Assembly: GCA_963811145.1 (NCBI GenBank)
Contig: CAWEQC010000004.1
Location: 79,752-143,751 of the forward strand
DNA: 64,000 nt
Source: an uncultured Chloroflexia bacterium
Lineage (GTDB): Bacteria; Chloroflexota; Limnocylindria; QHBO01
Direction of reading: 5' to 3'
This document shows, piece after piece, positions 8,827 to 17,853 of the stretch (position 1 is the stretch's first letter; the number at the start of each line of letters is the position of its first letter). Both the position numbers and the translations under genes were made by a program. The notes under the pieces are model-generated. The model saw only the letters and a program-made list of their open reading frames with translations, was not told where the DNA came from and searched no databases.

Positions 8827-9324
8827 ATGGAGGACGAGGAGCGTCGCCGGCTGCGGGAGCTCATGGGCCGGTTCGCGACCGGGGTCAGCGTTGTCGCCGC
8901 CCGCCATGGTCCGCTGCTGGCCGGCATGACCGCCAACGCGATCGCGTCGATCAGCATCGACCCACCGATCCTGATGGCGAGCATCGCGGTCAAGGCGGAG
9001 ACGCATGGCGCCATCATCGGCAGCCACTCCTTCAGCGTGAGCGTCCTTGCCGACGACCAGCAGGCGCTGGCCGAGTGCTTTGCGCAGCCCACGACCGCGA
9101 ACAAGCTCAAGCGCTTCTGCGACGCGGCGTGGCACGAGGCGGAGACGGGCTCGCCGATCCTGGAGGGCGCGCTGGCCTATTTCGACTGCCGCCTGACCGA
9201 GCGGCAGCCCGGCGGCGATCACACCATCTTCCTCGGGGAGATCGTGGCGGCCGGCTATCGCGAGGACGCGGCTCCGTTGCTGTGGTACGCATCTGGCTAC
9301 CACCGCCTCTCCGACCCAAGCTGA
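8827..9324 (+). CDS. Flavin reductase-like (FMN-binding split-barrel) protein
   Basis: ATG at 8827. ...FATGVSVVAA...GMTANAIASISIDPPILMASI...HTIFLGEIV is typical of the flavin reductase domain. Confidence 0.8.
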   Translation: MEDEERRRLRELMGRFATGVSVVAARHGPLLAGMTANAIASISIDPPILMASIAVKAETHGAIIGSHSFSVSVLADDQQALAECFAQPTTANKLKRFCDAAWHEAETGSPILEGALAYFDCRLTERQPGGDHTIFLGEIVAAGYREDAAPLLWYASGYHRLSDPS

Positions 9325-9369
9325 CGGGTCGGGCCGACATCCGCGCGAGTAACGGCATGCTCTCACGGG

Positions 9370-9403
9370 ATATATCACTACTGAGATAACGGATGACAGC
9401 GCC
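9370..9403. repeat. AT-rich conserved 34-nt motif, copy 1 (TATATC-N5-TGAGATAACG-GATGACAGCG)
   Basis: tatatcactactgagataacggatgacagcgccg. 26 of 34 positions are identical, with identical spacing, to 12337-12370. It stands out as an AT island in GC-rich DNA. Confidence 0.55.
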
Positions 9404-9450
9404 GTGCTCTCATCGGGACTCCCCCTCGGCCCGATCAGAGTCGAGCTTCG

Positions 9451-11049
9451 TCAGTCGCCGCGGGCGCGACTCCGATCCCCGATGATCTGGCTGGCCGCCA
9501 GGCGGCCCGGCGCCCCCATCACGCAGCCGCCCGGGTGGGTGCCCGAGCCGCACTGGTAGTAGCCGGCAATCGGGGTCCGATACTGGGACCAGCCGGGGGC
9601 CGGGCGGAAGAAGAACATCTGCGGCGCCAGGAACTCGCCGGCGAAGATGTTCCCCTCCGACAGGCCGACGGTGCGCTCGATATCGAGCGGGGTCTGCACC
9701 TCGCGGTGGACGACGAGGTCCCCGAAGCCCGGGAAGAAGCGCTCGAGCGCAGCCTGCGCCTTATCGGCCATGCCCTCGCGTTCCGCGTCCCAGTCGCTCT
9801 CGCGCAGCTGGTACGGCGTGTACTGCACGAAGCAGGACATGATGTGCTTGCCGGGCGGGGCCATGTCCGGGTCGATGGTCGACTGGATCGCGCAGTCGAT
9901 GTACGGATGCTCGCTGTACCAGCCGTACTTGGCGTCATCGAAGGCGCGCTCCAGGTAGTCGATCGACGGACCGATGTTCATGAAGCCGCGGTACAGGTCG
10001 GGGCTCGAGCCGAGCACCGGGTGCGACGGCAGCGCATCCAGCGCGAAGTTCACCTTGGAGCTGACGCCCTGGAACTTCATGCGGCGGATGTCCTCGACCA
10101 GGTCGTCGGGCATCTCACGTGGGTCGACGAGCTCGAGGAACGTGCGCCGCGGATCGAGCGCGCTGACCACCACGTCCGCGCCGATCTCGGTGCCGTCGGC
10201 GAGCGCCACGCCGGTCGCCTCGCCGTCGCGGGTCAGCACGCGCTCGACGGGCGCCTCGGTCCGGATCTCGGCGCCGAACGACTCCGCCGCACGGGCCAGG
10301 ACCTGGGTGAAGCCGCCGTTGCCGCCCTTGTGGAAGGCCCACGTGCCGAACTCGCCGTCGTGCTCGCCGAGGGAGTGAAAGAGCAGGACCAGGCCACTGC
10401 CCTGTGAACGCGGGCCGACCTTGGAGCCGATGATCGACGACGAGGCCAGGTACCCCTTCAGCAGGGTGGACTCGAAGTAGTCGTCGAGGAAGTCGGCGGC
10501 GCTGCCGGTCAGCAGCCGCACTGCGTTGTGCAGGGTCCGCTTGTCGAGGCTGCGCAGCCGAGAGCCGACGGCCGCGAGCGCCAGCAGCTCCTCCGGATCG
10601 TCGCTGAACAGATCCGGCGGAACGGTGTCGAGCAGCGGCTTGATTGCCTGGCAGACACGGTCGAGGTCGTGGCTGTACTGCTCGTAGGCGTCGGCGTCGT
10701 GTGGCGAGATGCGGGCGATCTCGCGCAGCGTCTCGTCGTGGTCGCGGTTGAAGCGCAGGTACTCGCCGTCTTCGCCCGGGGCGAAGCGGGTCGACATCAG
10801 GAGCGGCATGAAGCCGTGCTTGGGCAGCTCGAGCTCCTGGATGATCTGCGGCCGCAGCAGCGAGAGTGCATAGCTGAACGTGGTGAACCAATAGCCCGGA
10901 TGCAGCTCTTCGGTGATGGCCGCGCCGCCGACCAGGTGCCTGCGCTCGAGGATCAGCGTCTTCAGTCCGGCCCGCGCCAGGTAGGCGCCGTTGACCAGGC
11001 CGTTGTGGCCGCCGCCGACCACGATCGCGTCGTATCGGTCCGTGCTCAT
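9451..11049 (-). CDS. NAD(P)/FAD-dependent oxidoreductase, phytoene-desaturase (CrtI-like) family
   Basis: 532-aa clean ORF with the N-terminal dinucleotide fold YDAIVVGGGHNGLVNGAYLARAGLKTLILERRHLVGGAA. Confidence 0.85.
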   Translation of the reverse strand: MSTDRYDAIVVGGGHNGLVNGAYLARAGLKTLILERRHLVGGAAITEELHPGYWFTTFSYALSLLRPQIIQELELPKHGFMPLLMSTRFAPGEDGEYLRFNRDHDETLREIARISPHDADAYEQYSHDLDRVCQAIKPLLDTVPPDLFSDDPEELLALAAVGSRLRSLDKRTLHNAVRLLTGSAADFLDDYFESTLLKGYLASSSIIGSKVGPRSQGSGLVLLFHSLGEHDGEFGTWAFHKGGNGGFTQVLARAAESFGAEIRTEAPVERVLTRDGEATGVALADGTEIGADVVVSALDPRRTFLELVDPREMPDDLVEDIRRMKFQGVSSKVNFALDALPSHPVLGSSPDLYRGFMNIGPSIDYLERAFDDAKYGWYSEHPYIDCAIQSTIDPDMAPPGKHIMSCFVQYTPYQLRESDWDAEREGMADKAQAALERFFPGFGDLVVHREVQTPLDIERTVGLSEGNIFAGEFLAPQMFFFRPAPGWSQYRTPIAGYYQCGSGTHPGGCVMGAPGRLAASQIIGDRSRARGD

Positions 11050-11070
11050 CGGTCTGGGCTCATAGGTCCA

Positions 11071-12312
11071 TCAGGCGGTCTTGCGCTCCGGGTTGTACAG
11101 GGGCGTTCGCGCGACATGCGCCGCCACCTGCTCGTAGTGGTGGTCCACGGTGAACTCCAGGAAGACCCTGCTGCCCGGCTTGGCGAGGTCGGGCCGCACC
11201 CGCGCCAGCGCGATGTGCTGCTGCAGCATGGGCGAGTACATGATGCTGGTTGCATAGCCGACCCGCGTCCGATCGGCGTCGTAGACCATCCAGTCCTCGT
11301 GAATCGGTCGGTGGTCCTTCGGGGGAATGAGTCCCGCCTCGCTGTAGGCCCGCTCGTAATCCGCCCAGTCGACCACCAGCCCCACCATCCGCCAGCGTGA
11401 CGATTTCTCGGCCCGCTCGCGCTCCAGCGCTCGGCGTCCGATGAAGGGGCGGTCGTCCTCTTCCAGCCCCTTGAACATCCAGGCCCAGCCCAGCTCGAGC
11501 GGCGTTGACCGATGCGCGTCGTTGAACGCGAACCGGCTGGAGTCGAAGTCCGCGCCGAGGAGCAGCAAGCCGGCCTCGATGCGCAGCATGTACAGGGCGC
11601 CCATGCCGTAGGGCAGCACCCCGTAGCCGTCAGCCGCATCCCAGACCGTATCCCAGACCGTGGTCGCGTCAGGCGTGTCGACCCAGATCTCATAGCCGAG
11701 GTCACCGGTGTAGCCGGTCCGGCTGACGGTCACCGGCCGCCCGCCGATGATGCCGGTCGTGATCCCGAAGAAGGGCAGCTCGCTCGCCGATGGGACCAGG
11801 CGCGTCACCAGGTCGCGCGAGCGAGGCCCCTGCACCGCCAGCGCGCCGATATCCAGGCTGACCTCCTCGATGGTGACCGCCAGGCGTCCGATGCGGTCGG
11901 CGAACCAGGCGAAGTTCGGCTCGGCCGCGGTCAGCAGGTACTCGTCGGGCGCGCGGTGCTGGATCACGCCGTCCTCGAGGACGAAGCCACGCTCATCGAG
12001 CCAGGTCGTGTACTGGGCGTTCCAGGGCGGGCAGCGCCGAATGTCGCGCGCCAGCATGCCGGACAGGAAGCGCTCGGCGTCAGGGCCGGCGATGCGGTAC
12101 TTGTAGAGCGGCGAGGTGTCGAAGATGCCCGCGCTGTTGCGGACGGCGAAATACTCGAACTTGTCCGATGCCTGGTAGCGGGTCACCACCACGTGTCCCG
12201 ACCAGTGCTGCCACAGGCCGGTCTCGTTGAGCGCGCTGGTTCGTTCGTGGAAGGGCGTGGTGCGGATCATCCGTGCGAGAGGATACCGGCTGGGCCCTGG
12301 CGCGTGCTTCAA
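11071..12312 (-). CDS. Aminomethyltransferase (GcvT/DmdA-like folate-binding) family protein
   Basis: ...TPFHERT...AVRNSAGIFDTSPLYKYRIAGPDAERFL...GALAVQGPRSRD...SRTGYTGDLGYEIW. TTG start at 12312 preceded by gaagaggg (SD). An alternative ATG lies at 12270. Confidence 0.85.
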   Translation of the reverse strand: MKHAPGPSRYPLARMIRTTPFHERTSALNETGLWQHWSGHVVVTRYQASDKFEYFAVRNSAGIFDTSPLYKYRIAGPDAERFLSGMLARDIRRCPPWNAQYTTWLDERGFVLEDGVIQHRAPDEYLLTAAEPNFAWFADRIGRLAVTIEEVSLDIGALAVQGPRSRDLVTRLVPSASELPFFGITTGIIGGRPVTVSRTGYTGDLGYEIWVDTPDATTVWDTVWDAADGYGVLPYGMGALYMLRIEAGLLLLGADFDSSRFAFNDAHRSTPLELGWAWMFKGLEEDDRPFIGRRALERERAEKSSRWRMVGLVVDWADYERAYSEAGLIPPKDHRPIHEDWMVYDADRTRVGYATSIMYSPMLQQHIALARVRPDLAKPGSRVFLEFTVDHHYEQVAAHVARTPLYNPERKTA

Positions 12313-12336
12313 CGCGACCCTCTTCGGCGTCAGCGT

Positions 12337-12370
12337 CTATATCGTTGGTGATATATCCGATGACAGCGGC
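12337..12370. repeat. AT-rich conserved 34-nt motif, copy 2 (promoter/operator region of the GcvT-like operon)
   Basis: tatatcgttggtgatatatccgatgacagcggcg. It lies 25 nt upstream (minus strand) of the TTG start at 12312. Read on the minus strand it contains GATATATCACCAACGATATAG, with -10-like boxes. Confidence 0.5.
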
Positions 12371-12397
12371 GGGCCGCACGAGGAGTGCGGTTCGTCT

Positions 12398-12775
12398 TCA
12401 GCCGGAGGGCGCGGTTGCCAGCTGGCTCTCGACGGCCGAAACAAAGTCGGCGAAGTCGAACGGCTTGCGGACGACCGGTGCCAGAGCCGAGAGCCGATCC
12501 GCCTCCTCGTCGTCGATGGCCGTGACGAACAGCACCGGGATGTCGCGGTACTGCGGTCGCTCGCGGAGCGAGTGGAGGATCGTCGAGCCGAACTCGTCGG
12601 GAAGTCGCTGGTCGAGCACGAGGAGGTCGGGACTTGCGCCGCCCTCCACGAGGGCGACGTAGAGCTCCTCGGCATTGCCGTAGCCGCGCGTCTCGTATCC
12701 GAGCTCGCCGAGCACGGCCATCATGGCCGTGCGGATCAGGGGCTCGTCATCAACGACCCAGACGGTTTGCGCCAT
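12398..12775 (-). CDS. Stand-alone response-regulator receiver domain (CheY-like)
   Basis: 125 aa. VVDDEP, the phospho-acceptor context LLVLDQRLPD, VLFVTA and RKPF are all present. There is no output domain. Confidence 0.85.
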   Translation of the reverse strand: MAQTVWVVDDEPLIRTAMMAVLGELGYETRGYGNAEELYVALVEGGASPDLLVLDQRLPDEFGSTILHSLRERPQYRDIPVLFVTAIDDEEADRLSALAPVVRKPFDFADFVSAVESQLATAPSG

Positions 12776-12790
12776 GCCTCACTCCCTCTC

Positions 12791-14101
12791 TCACGCCCCG
12801 ATTGCTGCCAGCGACTCGGCGATCGCGGCAACTGCCAGCTCGACCTCATCATCCGTCGTGACGAGCGGCGGAATGACGCGGACGGCCTGGGCGTGGGTGC
12901 CGCAGCTGAGCAGCAGCACGTTCCTTGCCATGGCCTCGGTCAGCAGCCCCTTCGCGAGGTCCGGGCGCGGCTGCAGGCCGTCGGGATCGGCGAACTCGAT
13001 GGCAAGCATCAGCCCTCGCCCGCGCACCTCAGCAACGCTCTCGTGGCCTGCGGCAGTCTCGCGCAGGGAGCTGAGCATGCGTTCGCCGACGCGCTCGGCG
13101 CGCTCGGCCAGCCGTTCGTCGTCGATGACGTCGAGCGTCGCCAGCGCCGCTGCGCAGGCCACCGCGTTGCCGCCGTAGGTGCCGCCGTGCGACCCGGGCG
13201 CCAGCTGGTCGAGCAGCGAGCGCGGCGCCAGGATCCCCGAGAGCGGCAGTCCGGACGCGATCCCCTTGGCCATGATCACGATGTCCGGCGTGGCCTCCGT
13301 CCACTCGGTGGCGAAGAACCGGCCGGTGCGCGCGTAGCCTGACTGCACCTCGTCGACGGCGAGCAGGATTCCGTGCTTATCGGCAACCTGGCGAAGCGCC
13401 GGCAGGAATCCGTCGGGCGGCACGACGTACCCGCCCTCGCCGAGCACCGGCTCGACCACGAAGGCGGCTACGTCGTCCGGCGCCACGACGGTTGCGAAGA
13501 GCTCGTCGATGGCCGCCATGGTCCTCGCCAGCGCCGCTTCCTCGCCGCCCATGCGCAGCGGATACGGATACGGTGCGAAGTGGATGCCGCCGACCAGCGG
13601 ATCGAAGTGAGCGCGGTACTTGACGCTCGAGCTGGTCAACGAGAGCGCGCCGTGTGTCCTGCCGTGGAAGCCGCCCCGGAACGCGATGAACGAGGGCCGA
13701 TGCGTCGCCACCTTGGCGAGCTTCATGGCCGCCTCGACCGCCTCGGCCCCCGAGTTGGACAGGAAGAGGCCGTAGTCGACGCCGGCCCGCGCGTTCGGGA
13801 AGCGCTGCGGCAGGCGCCGGTGGAGCTCGAGCCCGGGCTGGTGGTAGACGATGTTCTGCTGGAGGTGAATGCCGCGGGCCGCCTGCTCGCTGATGGCCGC
13901 CACCACTCGCGGGTGCGCGTGGCCGGTGTTGGTGACGCCGATGCCGCAGGTGTAGTCGAGGTATCGGCGTCCGTCGGTGGTCTCGATCCACGAGCCCGAG
14001 GCGCGCTCGACCACGAGATCGGTGTAGCGGGCCCAGACCGGCGGAATCCCGGCGCGCAGCGCGGACCAGTCGGTCAGAAGGTCGGTGGCGTGTTGATCCA
14101 T
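12791..14101 (-). CDS. Class-III PLP-dependent aminotransferase (4-aminobutyrate/putrescine aminotransferase-like)
   Basis: 436 aa. ...NSGAEAVEAAMKLA..., DEVQSGYARTG, and IMAKGIASGLPLS (PLP lysine). Confidence 0.9.
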   Translation of the reverse strand: MDQHATDLLTDWSALRAGIPPVWARYTDLVVERASGSWIETTDGRRYLDYTCGIGVTNTGHAHPRVVAAISEQAARGIHLQQNIVYHQPGLELHRRLPQRFPNARAGVDYGLFLSNSGAEAVEAAMKLAKVATHRPSFIAFRGGFHGRTHGALSLTSSSVKYRAHFDPLVGGIHFAPYPYPLRMGGEEAALARTMAAIDELFATVVAPDDVAAFVVEPVLGEGGYVVPPDGFLPALRQVADKHGILLAVDEVQSGYARTGRFFATEWTEATPDIVIMAKGIASGLPLSGILAPRSLLDQLAPGSHGGTYGGNAVACAAALATLDVIDDERLAERAERVGERMLSSLRETAAGHESVAEVRGRGLMLAIEFADPDGLQPRPDLAKGLLTEAMARNVLLLSCGTHAQAVRVIPPLVTTDDEVELAVAAIAESLAAIGA

Positions 14102-14862
14102 AGCAATCGGGTCTCCCCGCCGGCGTCGTTACGCCAGCGATGCGGCATGGTGGAGGGGAAGCTGAGCGCATCTCCGGGACGGGTGAGCTGGTAGGTCTCG
14201 TCGTCGCCGACCCACACGGTCAGGGCGCCCGACAGCAGGTAGAGGAACTCCTCGCCGGCATGGGCGTAGGCGCCATCGCTGGTGGCGCCGGCCGCGAGGA
14301 TGAAGAGCTGCGGCTCGAGCTGGCTCGTTCCGCGGGCGAGCTGCTCGATCCTGACCGAGTCACCACCGACACGGAGCACCGGGCGCTCTCCCGCCGGCAT
14401 GAGCCGATCCCGCGAAGCGGCCTTCGGCCCGGCCAGCAGCCCGGCGAGCGTCGTCCCGTAGGTTGCCGTCAGGCGCTGAAGCGTGGCGACGCTGGCGCCG
14501 GAGACGCCACGCTCGAGCGACGAAATGAAGCTGACGGACAGGTGCGACGCTTCCGCCGCGTCGCGCAGGCTGAGCCCTCGGCCCTGGCGCAGGCGACGGA
14601 GGAGCCGTCCATCCACCCGTCGGTCGGCGTCATGAGCGTGCGCGACGCCGCCGCGCAGGACTCGGCGGATGCCTGGCGCGTTGAGACGGTCGACCTGGCG
14701 CAGGCGCCGCACGCTGCGCAGCTGCTCGAGGTCGGCTTCGGTGTACAGCCGATACCGTCCGCCGCTGCGCCCCGGACGGACGAGCCCCTGCCGCTCCCAC
14801 AGGCGAAGCGCCGAGGGAGAGACGCCGACGCGGCGAGCCGCCTCGCCGATCAGGTAGCTCAC
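14074..14862 (-). CDS. Transcriptional regulator with MerR-type HTH, XRE-type HTH and C-terminal cupin domain (PuuR-like core)
   Basis: GTG start at 14862 preceded by GGAGGTGG and overlapping the potC stop (GTGA). SYLIGEAARRVGVSPSALRLWERQGLV (MerR HTH), LSLRDAAEASHLSVSFISSLERG (XRE HTH), and a cupin ...AHAGEEFLYLLSGAL...GDALSFPSTMPHRWRN. Confidence 0.8.
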   Translation of the reverse strand: MSYLIGEAARRVGVSPSALRLWERQGLVRPGRSGGRYRLYTEADLEQLRSVRRLRQVDRLNAPGIRRVLRGGVAHAHDADRRVDGRLLRRLRQGRGLSLRDAAEASHLSVSFISSLERGVSGASVATLQRLTATYGTTLAGLLAGPKAASRDRLMPAGERPVLRVGGDSVRIEQLARGTSQLEPQLFILAAGATSDGAYAHAGEEFLYLLSGALTVWVGDDETYQLTRPGDALSFPSTMPHRWRNDAGGETRLLWINTPPTF

Positions 14863-15704
14863 TCGACCACCTCCGCCGGCTTGGCGACCAGGGCGCGCCG
14901 CTGGCTCCAGACCTGGACGGCGATGAACGCGAGGGCGATCAGCAGAATGAGCGTGCCGAGAACGTTGACTTCCGGCGGGATGCCGAGCCGGCTCACCCCG
15001 AATACCCACAGGGGAAACGTCTGTGTGTGCCCGGCGGAGAAGAGGGTGATGACGTAGTCGTCGATCGAGAGGGCGAAGGCGAGCAGCGCCGCCGACAGAA
15101 TGCCCGGGAAGATGAGCGGGAACGTGATCTTCCAGAACGTCGTCCGTCCATCGGCGTATAGATCCATTCCCGCCTCCTCGAGAGACCGGTCGAAGCCGGC
15201 GAGACGAGCCCGAATGGTCACCACCACAAAGCTGATGTTGAACATGATGTGGGCGGCCAGGATGGTGAGGAAGCCACGCTCCACCCCGAGGCTCACCCAC
15301 AGGGTGAGCAGCGACGCGCCCAGGATGATCTCCGGAGCGGTGATCGGGATGAAGATGAGCAGGTTCATGATCGAGCGCCCGCGGAAGTGATAGCGGGTCA
15401 GCGCCAGCCCGATCATGGTGCCGAAGGTCGTGGCCACGATGGTCGAGACGGTGGCCACCGCAATGCTGACGATCATCGGGTCGGTGACCTGCGAGCGTCC
15501 CCACAGGTCGACGTAGTTGCGCAGCGTGAAGCCCTGCCAGGTGATGTTCTGCCGACCGGCCGGATCGTTGAAGCTGAACGCGATCATCACCGCGATGGGT
15601 GCGAACAGGAAGAGCACGACCAGGGCGGTGAAGGCCGGCAGCATCCCGGGCAGCCGCGCCCGCAGCCGAGAGCCGCGTTGAACTGTGCCAGCTGAAGCCG
15701 TCAC
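14859..15704 (-). CDS. potC: Spermidine/putrescine ABC transporter permease (PotC-like)
   Basis: Six-TM permease with an EAA-type loop (SLEEAGMDLYADGRTTFWKITFPL). The start is uncertain: GTG 15704 is preferred, with ATG 15644 or 15758 as alternatives. Confidence 0.85.
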   Translation of the reverse strand: MTASAGTVQRGSRLRARLPGMLPAFTALVVLFLFAPIAVMIAFSFNDPAGRQNITWQGFTLRNYVDLWGRSQVTDPMIVSIAVATVSTIVATTFGTMIGLALTRYHFRGRSIMNLLIFIPITAPEIILGASLLTLWVSLGVERGFLTILAAHIMFNISFVVVTIRARLAGFDRSLEEAGMDLYADGRTTFWKITFPLIFPGILSAALLAFALSIDDYVITLFSAGHTQTFPLWVFGVSRLGIPPEVNVLGTLILLIALAFIAVQVWSQRRALVAKPAEVVE

Positions 15705-15711
15705 TGCCCGC

Positions 15712-16569
15712 TCATCCGGTGAGCCGCTCGCTGCCGATGAGCCGGGTGTAGACGGCAACCAGGGTCATCACGACCGCCACGAGCACGAATCCCAACGCGG
15801 CCGCGGCCGGGTAGTCGAGGCTGTCGAGGAACTTGCGCTGGATGATGTTGCCGACCATGAAGACCTGCGGGTTCCCGGCACCGATCACCTCGGCGGTGAT
15901 GAAGTCGCCGACGGCGGGGATGAAGGTCAGCAGCGAACCCGCCACGACGCCCGGCAGCGAGAGGACGAACGTCACCCGCCAGAACGCCTGTGAGCGGCTT
16001 GCGTACAGGTCGGTGGCTGCCTCGATCAGCCGCCGGTCGATCTTCTCGATCGCCACGTACAGCGGCAGGATCATGAAGGGGAGGAAGTTGTACGTCAGTC
16101 CGAAGATGACCGATGCGGGCGTGGCGAGGAAATGGAAGTCCGGCCCCAGGATGCCGATGTCCTTGAGCGTCCCGAAGACCATGCCGTTGTCGGACAGGAT
16201 CATCCGCCAGTTCAGCGTGCGGATGACGAAGCTGACGAAGAACGGGAGCACCACCACCAGCAGCAGCGCGTTCTTCAGCCGGCCGCCGCGGAACGCGATG
16301 GTGTAGGCGACCGGATAGCCGATCACGAGCGTGATCAGGGTCGTCGCCAACGCAAAGACGGCCGACCGGACGTAGAGCTCCCAGTACTGGCCGATGACCT
16401 CGGGATAGATCCCGAAGTTCCAGGTGAGCTGATAGCCGGTGTCGAAGGTCCCCTGCTGGAGTGAGATCAGCAGCATGACGGCCATCGGCACCGCGAAGAA
16501 GACGACCAGCCAGGCGCCGCCCGGCAGGAGCAGCAGGAACGGGGTCAGGCCTTTGCTCAGTGAGCGCAC
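15712..16569 (-). CDS. potB: Spermidine/putrescine ABC transporter permease (PotB-like)
   Basis: 285 aa with EAA loop LIEAATDLYASRSQAFWRVTFVLSLPG. Located between the potD-like and potC-like genes. Confidence 0.9.
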   Translation of the reverse strand: MRSLSKGLTPFLLLLPGGAWLVVFFAVPMAVMLLISLQQGTFDTGYQLTWNFGIYPEVIGQYWELYVRSAVFALATTLITLVIGYPVAYTIAFRGGRLKNALLLVVVLPFFVSFVIRTLNWRMILSDNGMVFGTLKDIGILGPDFHFLATPASVIFGLTYNFLPFMILPLYVAIEKIDRRLIEAATDLYASRSQAFWRVTFVLSLPGVVAGSLLTFIPAVGDFITAEVIGAGNPQVFMVGNIIQRKFLDSLDYPAAAALGFVLVAVVMTLVAVYTRLIGSERLTG

Positions 16570-16608
16570 GGGATCGCCGGTTGGGCTGGGTTCGTGGTCA
16601 GCCGAGGC

Positions 16609-17853
16609 TCAGGCTCCGAGCACGGGTTCGAAGAGGTCGTTCCATTGCGCCTCCTCTTCCTCGCTCAGCTGCTTGTCGGTGTAGGTGTTCGCCGTCTGGT
16701 CCTCGGTCGGCACCACGGTCGGCGCGAGCGCGTCGTAGAGGTCGGCCGTCTCGGTATCGCCGTCGCCGCGCGCGGTCTCGGCATCGGCCGCGATCAGCCC
16801 GTCGACGCCCTTGACCGGGGTGAAGTAGCCGACGTACTCGGACAGCATCGTTGCGGCGGCCGGGTCGTACCAGTAGTTGAGCAGCTTGTGGGCGTTCTCC
16901 AGGTTTGCCCCGCCCTTCGGGATGACGAGGTTGTCGTTCCAGCGCATGCCGCCCGACTCGGGGACGATGAACTTCACCTTGTCGTTGTCGTACAGGTTCA
17001 TCTGGCTGACGTCGCCGGACCAGGCCACCGCGATCGCGAGGTCGCCGGCAGCGAGGGCGTCGTAGTACTCGTTGCCGTAGAAGCCGCGGAAGTGCCCTTC
17101 AGGCACGGAGAGCAGCTTGTCCTGCGCCCGCTGCACGTCGTCCACCGTCGCGTTCTCCGGCTCGACGCCGAGGGACAGCAGGGTCAGCCCGAACATGTCG
17201 CGCATGTCGCTGAAGCCGCCGGCCCGCCCCGAGAACTCGGGATCCAGCAGGTCGTCGAAGGTGGTGACCTCGCGGCCGGTCATCTCCGGGTCATACGCGA
17301 TGCCGGTGATGCCGCCCTGCCACCAGACGCTGTACTTGTTGTCCGGGTCGAACCACAGGCCCTTGGCATAGTCGGCCGCATTCGCGGTCCAATTGGGGAG
17401 CTTCGAGTGGTCGAGCTCCTCCAGCCAGCCGAGGCGAGCCATGCGCTCGACGACCCAGCCGCCGGGGCTCATGACGTCCCATCCCGTGTTGTTGCCGGCC
17501 CGCAGGTCCGGTGCGTACTGCGCGAGGAAGTCGGCGTTGTCGAGCAGTCCCTCGTCGTATTCGACCTCGATCCCGGTCTGCTCGGTGAACGCCTCGATGC
17601 TCGGATAGCTGGTCTCGTCCTCGGAGATGTCGATGTAGGCCGGCCAGTTGAGCCAGCGGAGACTGCCCGTGGCTCCCGACCCACCTGGACCCGGCGAGCA
17701 CGCAGCCAACAGTCCGGGAAGGGTGAACAGGGCGCCGACCGCCAGGCCGCCCCGCCCGGCCCGGCCCATGAAGGTCCGACGACTGATCAGGTCACGCCGC
17801 ATGATCCGGTCAATGCTGAGCTCGATCTGACTGCGACGCTCCAGGTCACTCAT
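16609..17853 (-). CDS. potD: Polyamine ABC transporter substrate-binding lipoprotein (PotD/PotF-like) with Tat-type signal
   Basis: ATG at 17853 preceded by AAGGAG. SRRTFMGRAG twin-arginine motif followed by the LLAAC lipobox. PotD-family body (WNDNLVIPKGG...). Confidence 0.85.
   Translation of the reverse strand: MSDLERRSQIELSIDRIMRRDLISRRTFMGRAGRGGLAVGALFTLPGLLAACSPGPGGSGATGSLRWLNWPAYIDISEDETSYPSIEAFTEQTGIEVEYDEGLLDNADFLAQYAPDLRAGNNTGWDVMSPGGWVVERMARLGWLEELDHSKLPNWTANAADYAKGLWFDPDNKYSVWWQGGITGIAYDPEMTGREVTTFDDLLDPEFSGRAGGFSDMRDMFGLTLLSLGVEPENATVDDVQRAQDKLLSVPEGHFRGFYGNEYYDALAAGDLAIAVAWSGDVSQMNLYDNDKVKFIVPESGGMRWNDNLVIPKGGANLENAHKLLNYWYDPAAATMLSEYVGYFTPVKGVDGLIAADAETARGDGDTETADLYDALAPTVVPTEDQTANTYTDKQLSEEEEAQWNDLFEPVLGA

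Noticed and set aside
12313-12397. Possible glycine riboswitch upstream of the GcvT-like gene.
   Set aside because: The leader is only about 85 nt and lacks the conserved glycine-riboswitch core elements. It contains the AT-rich motif and a small hairpin instead.
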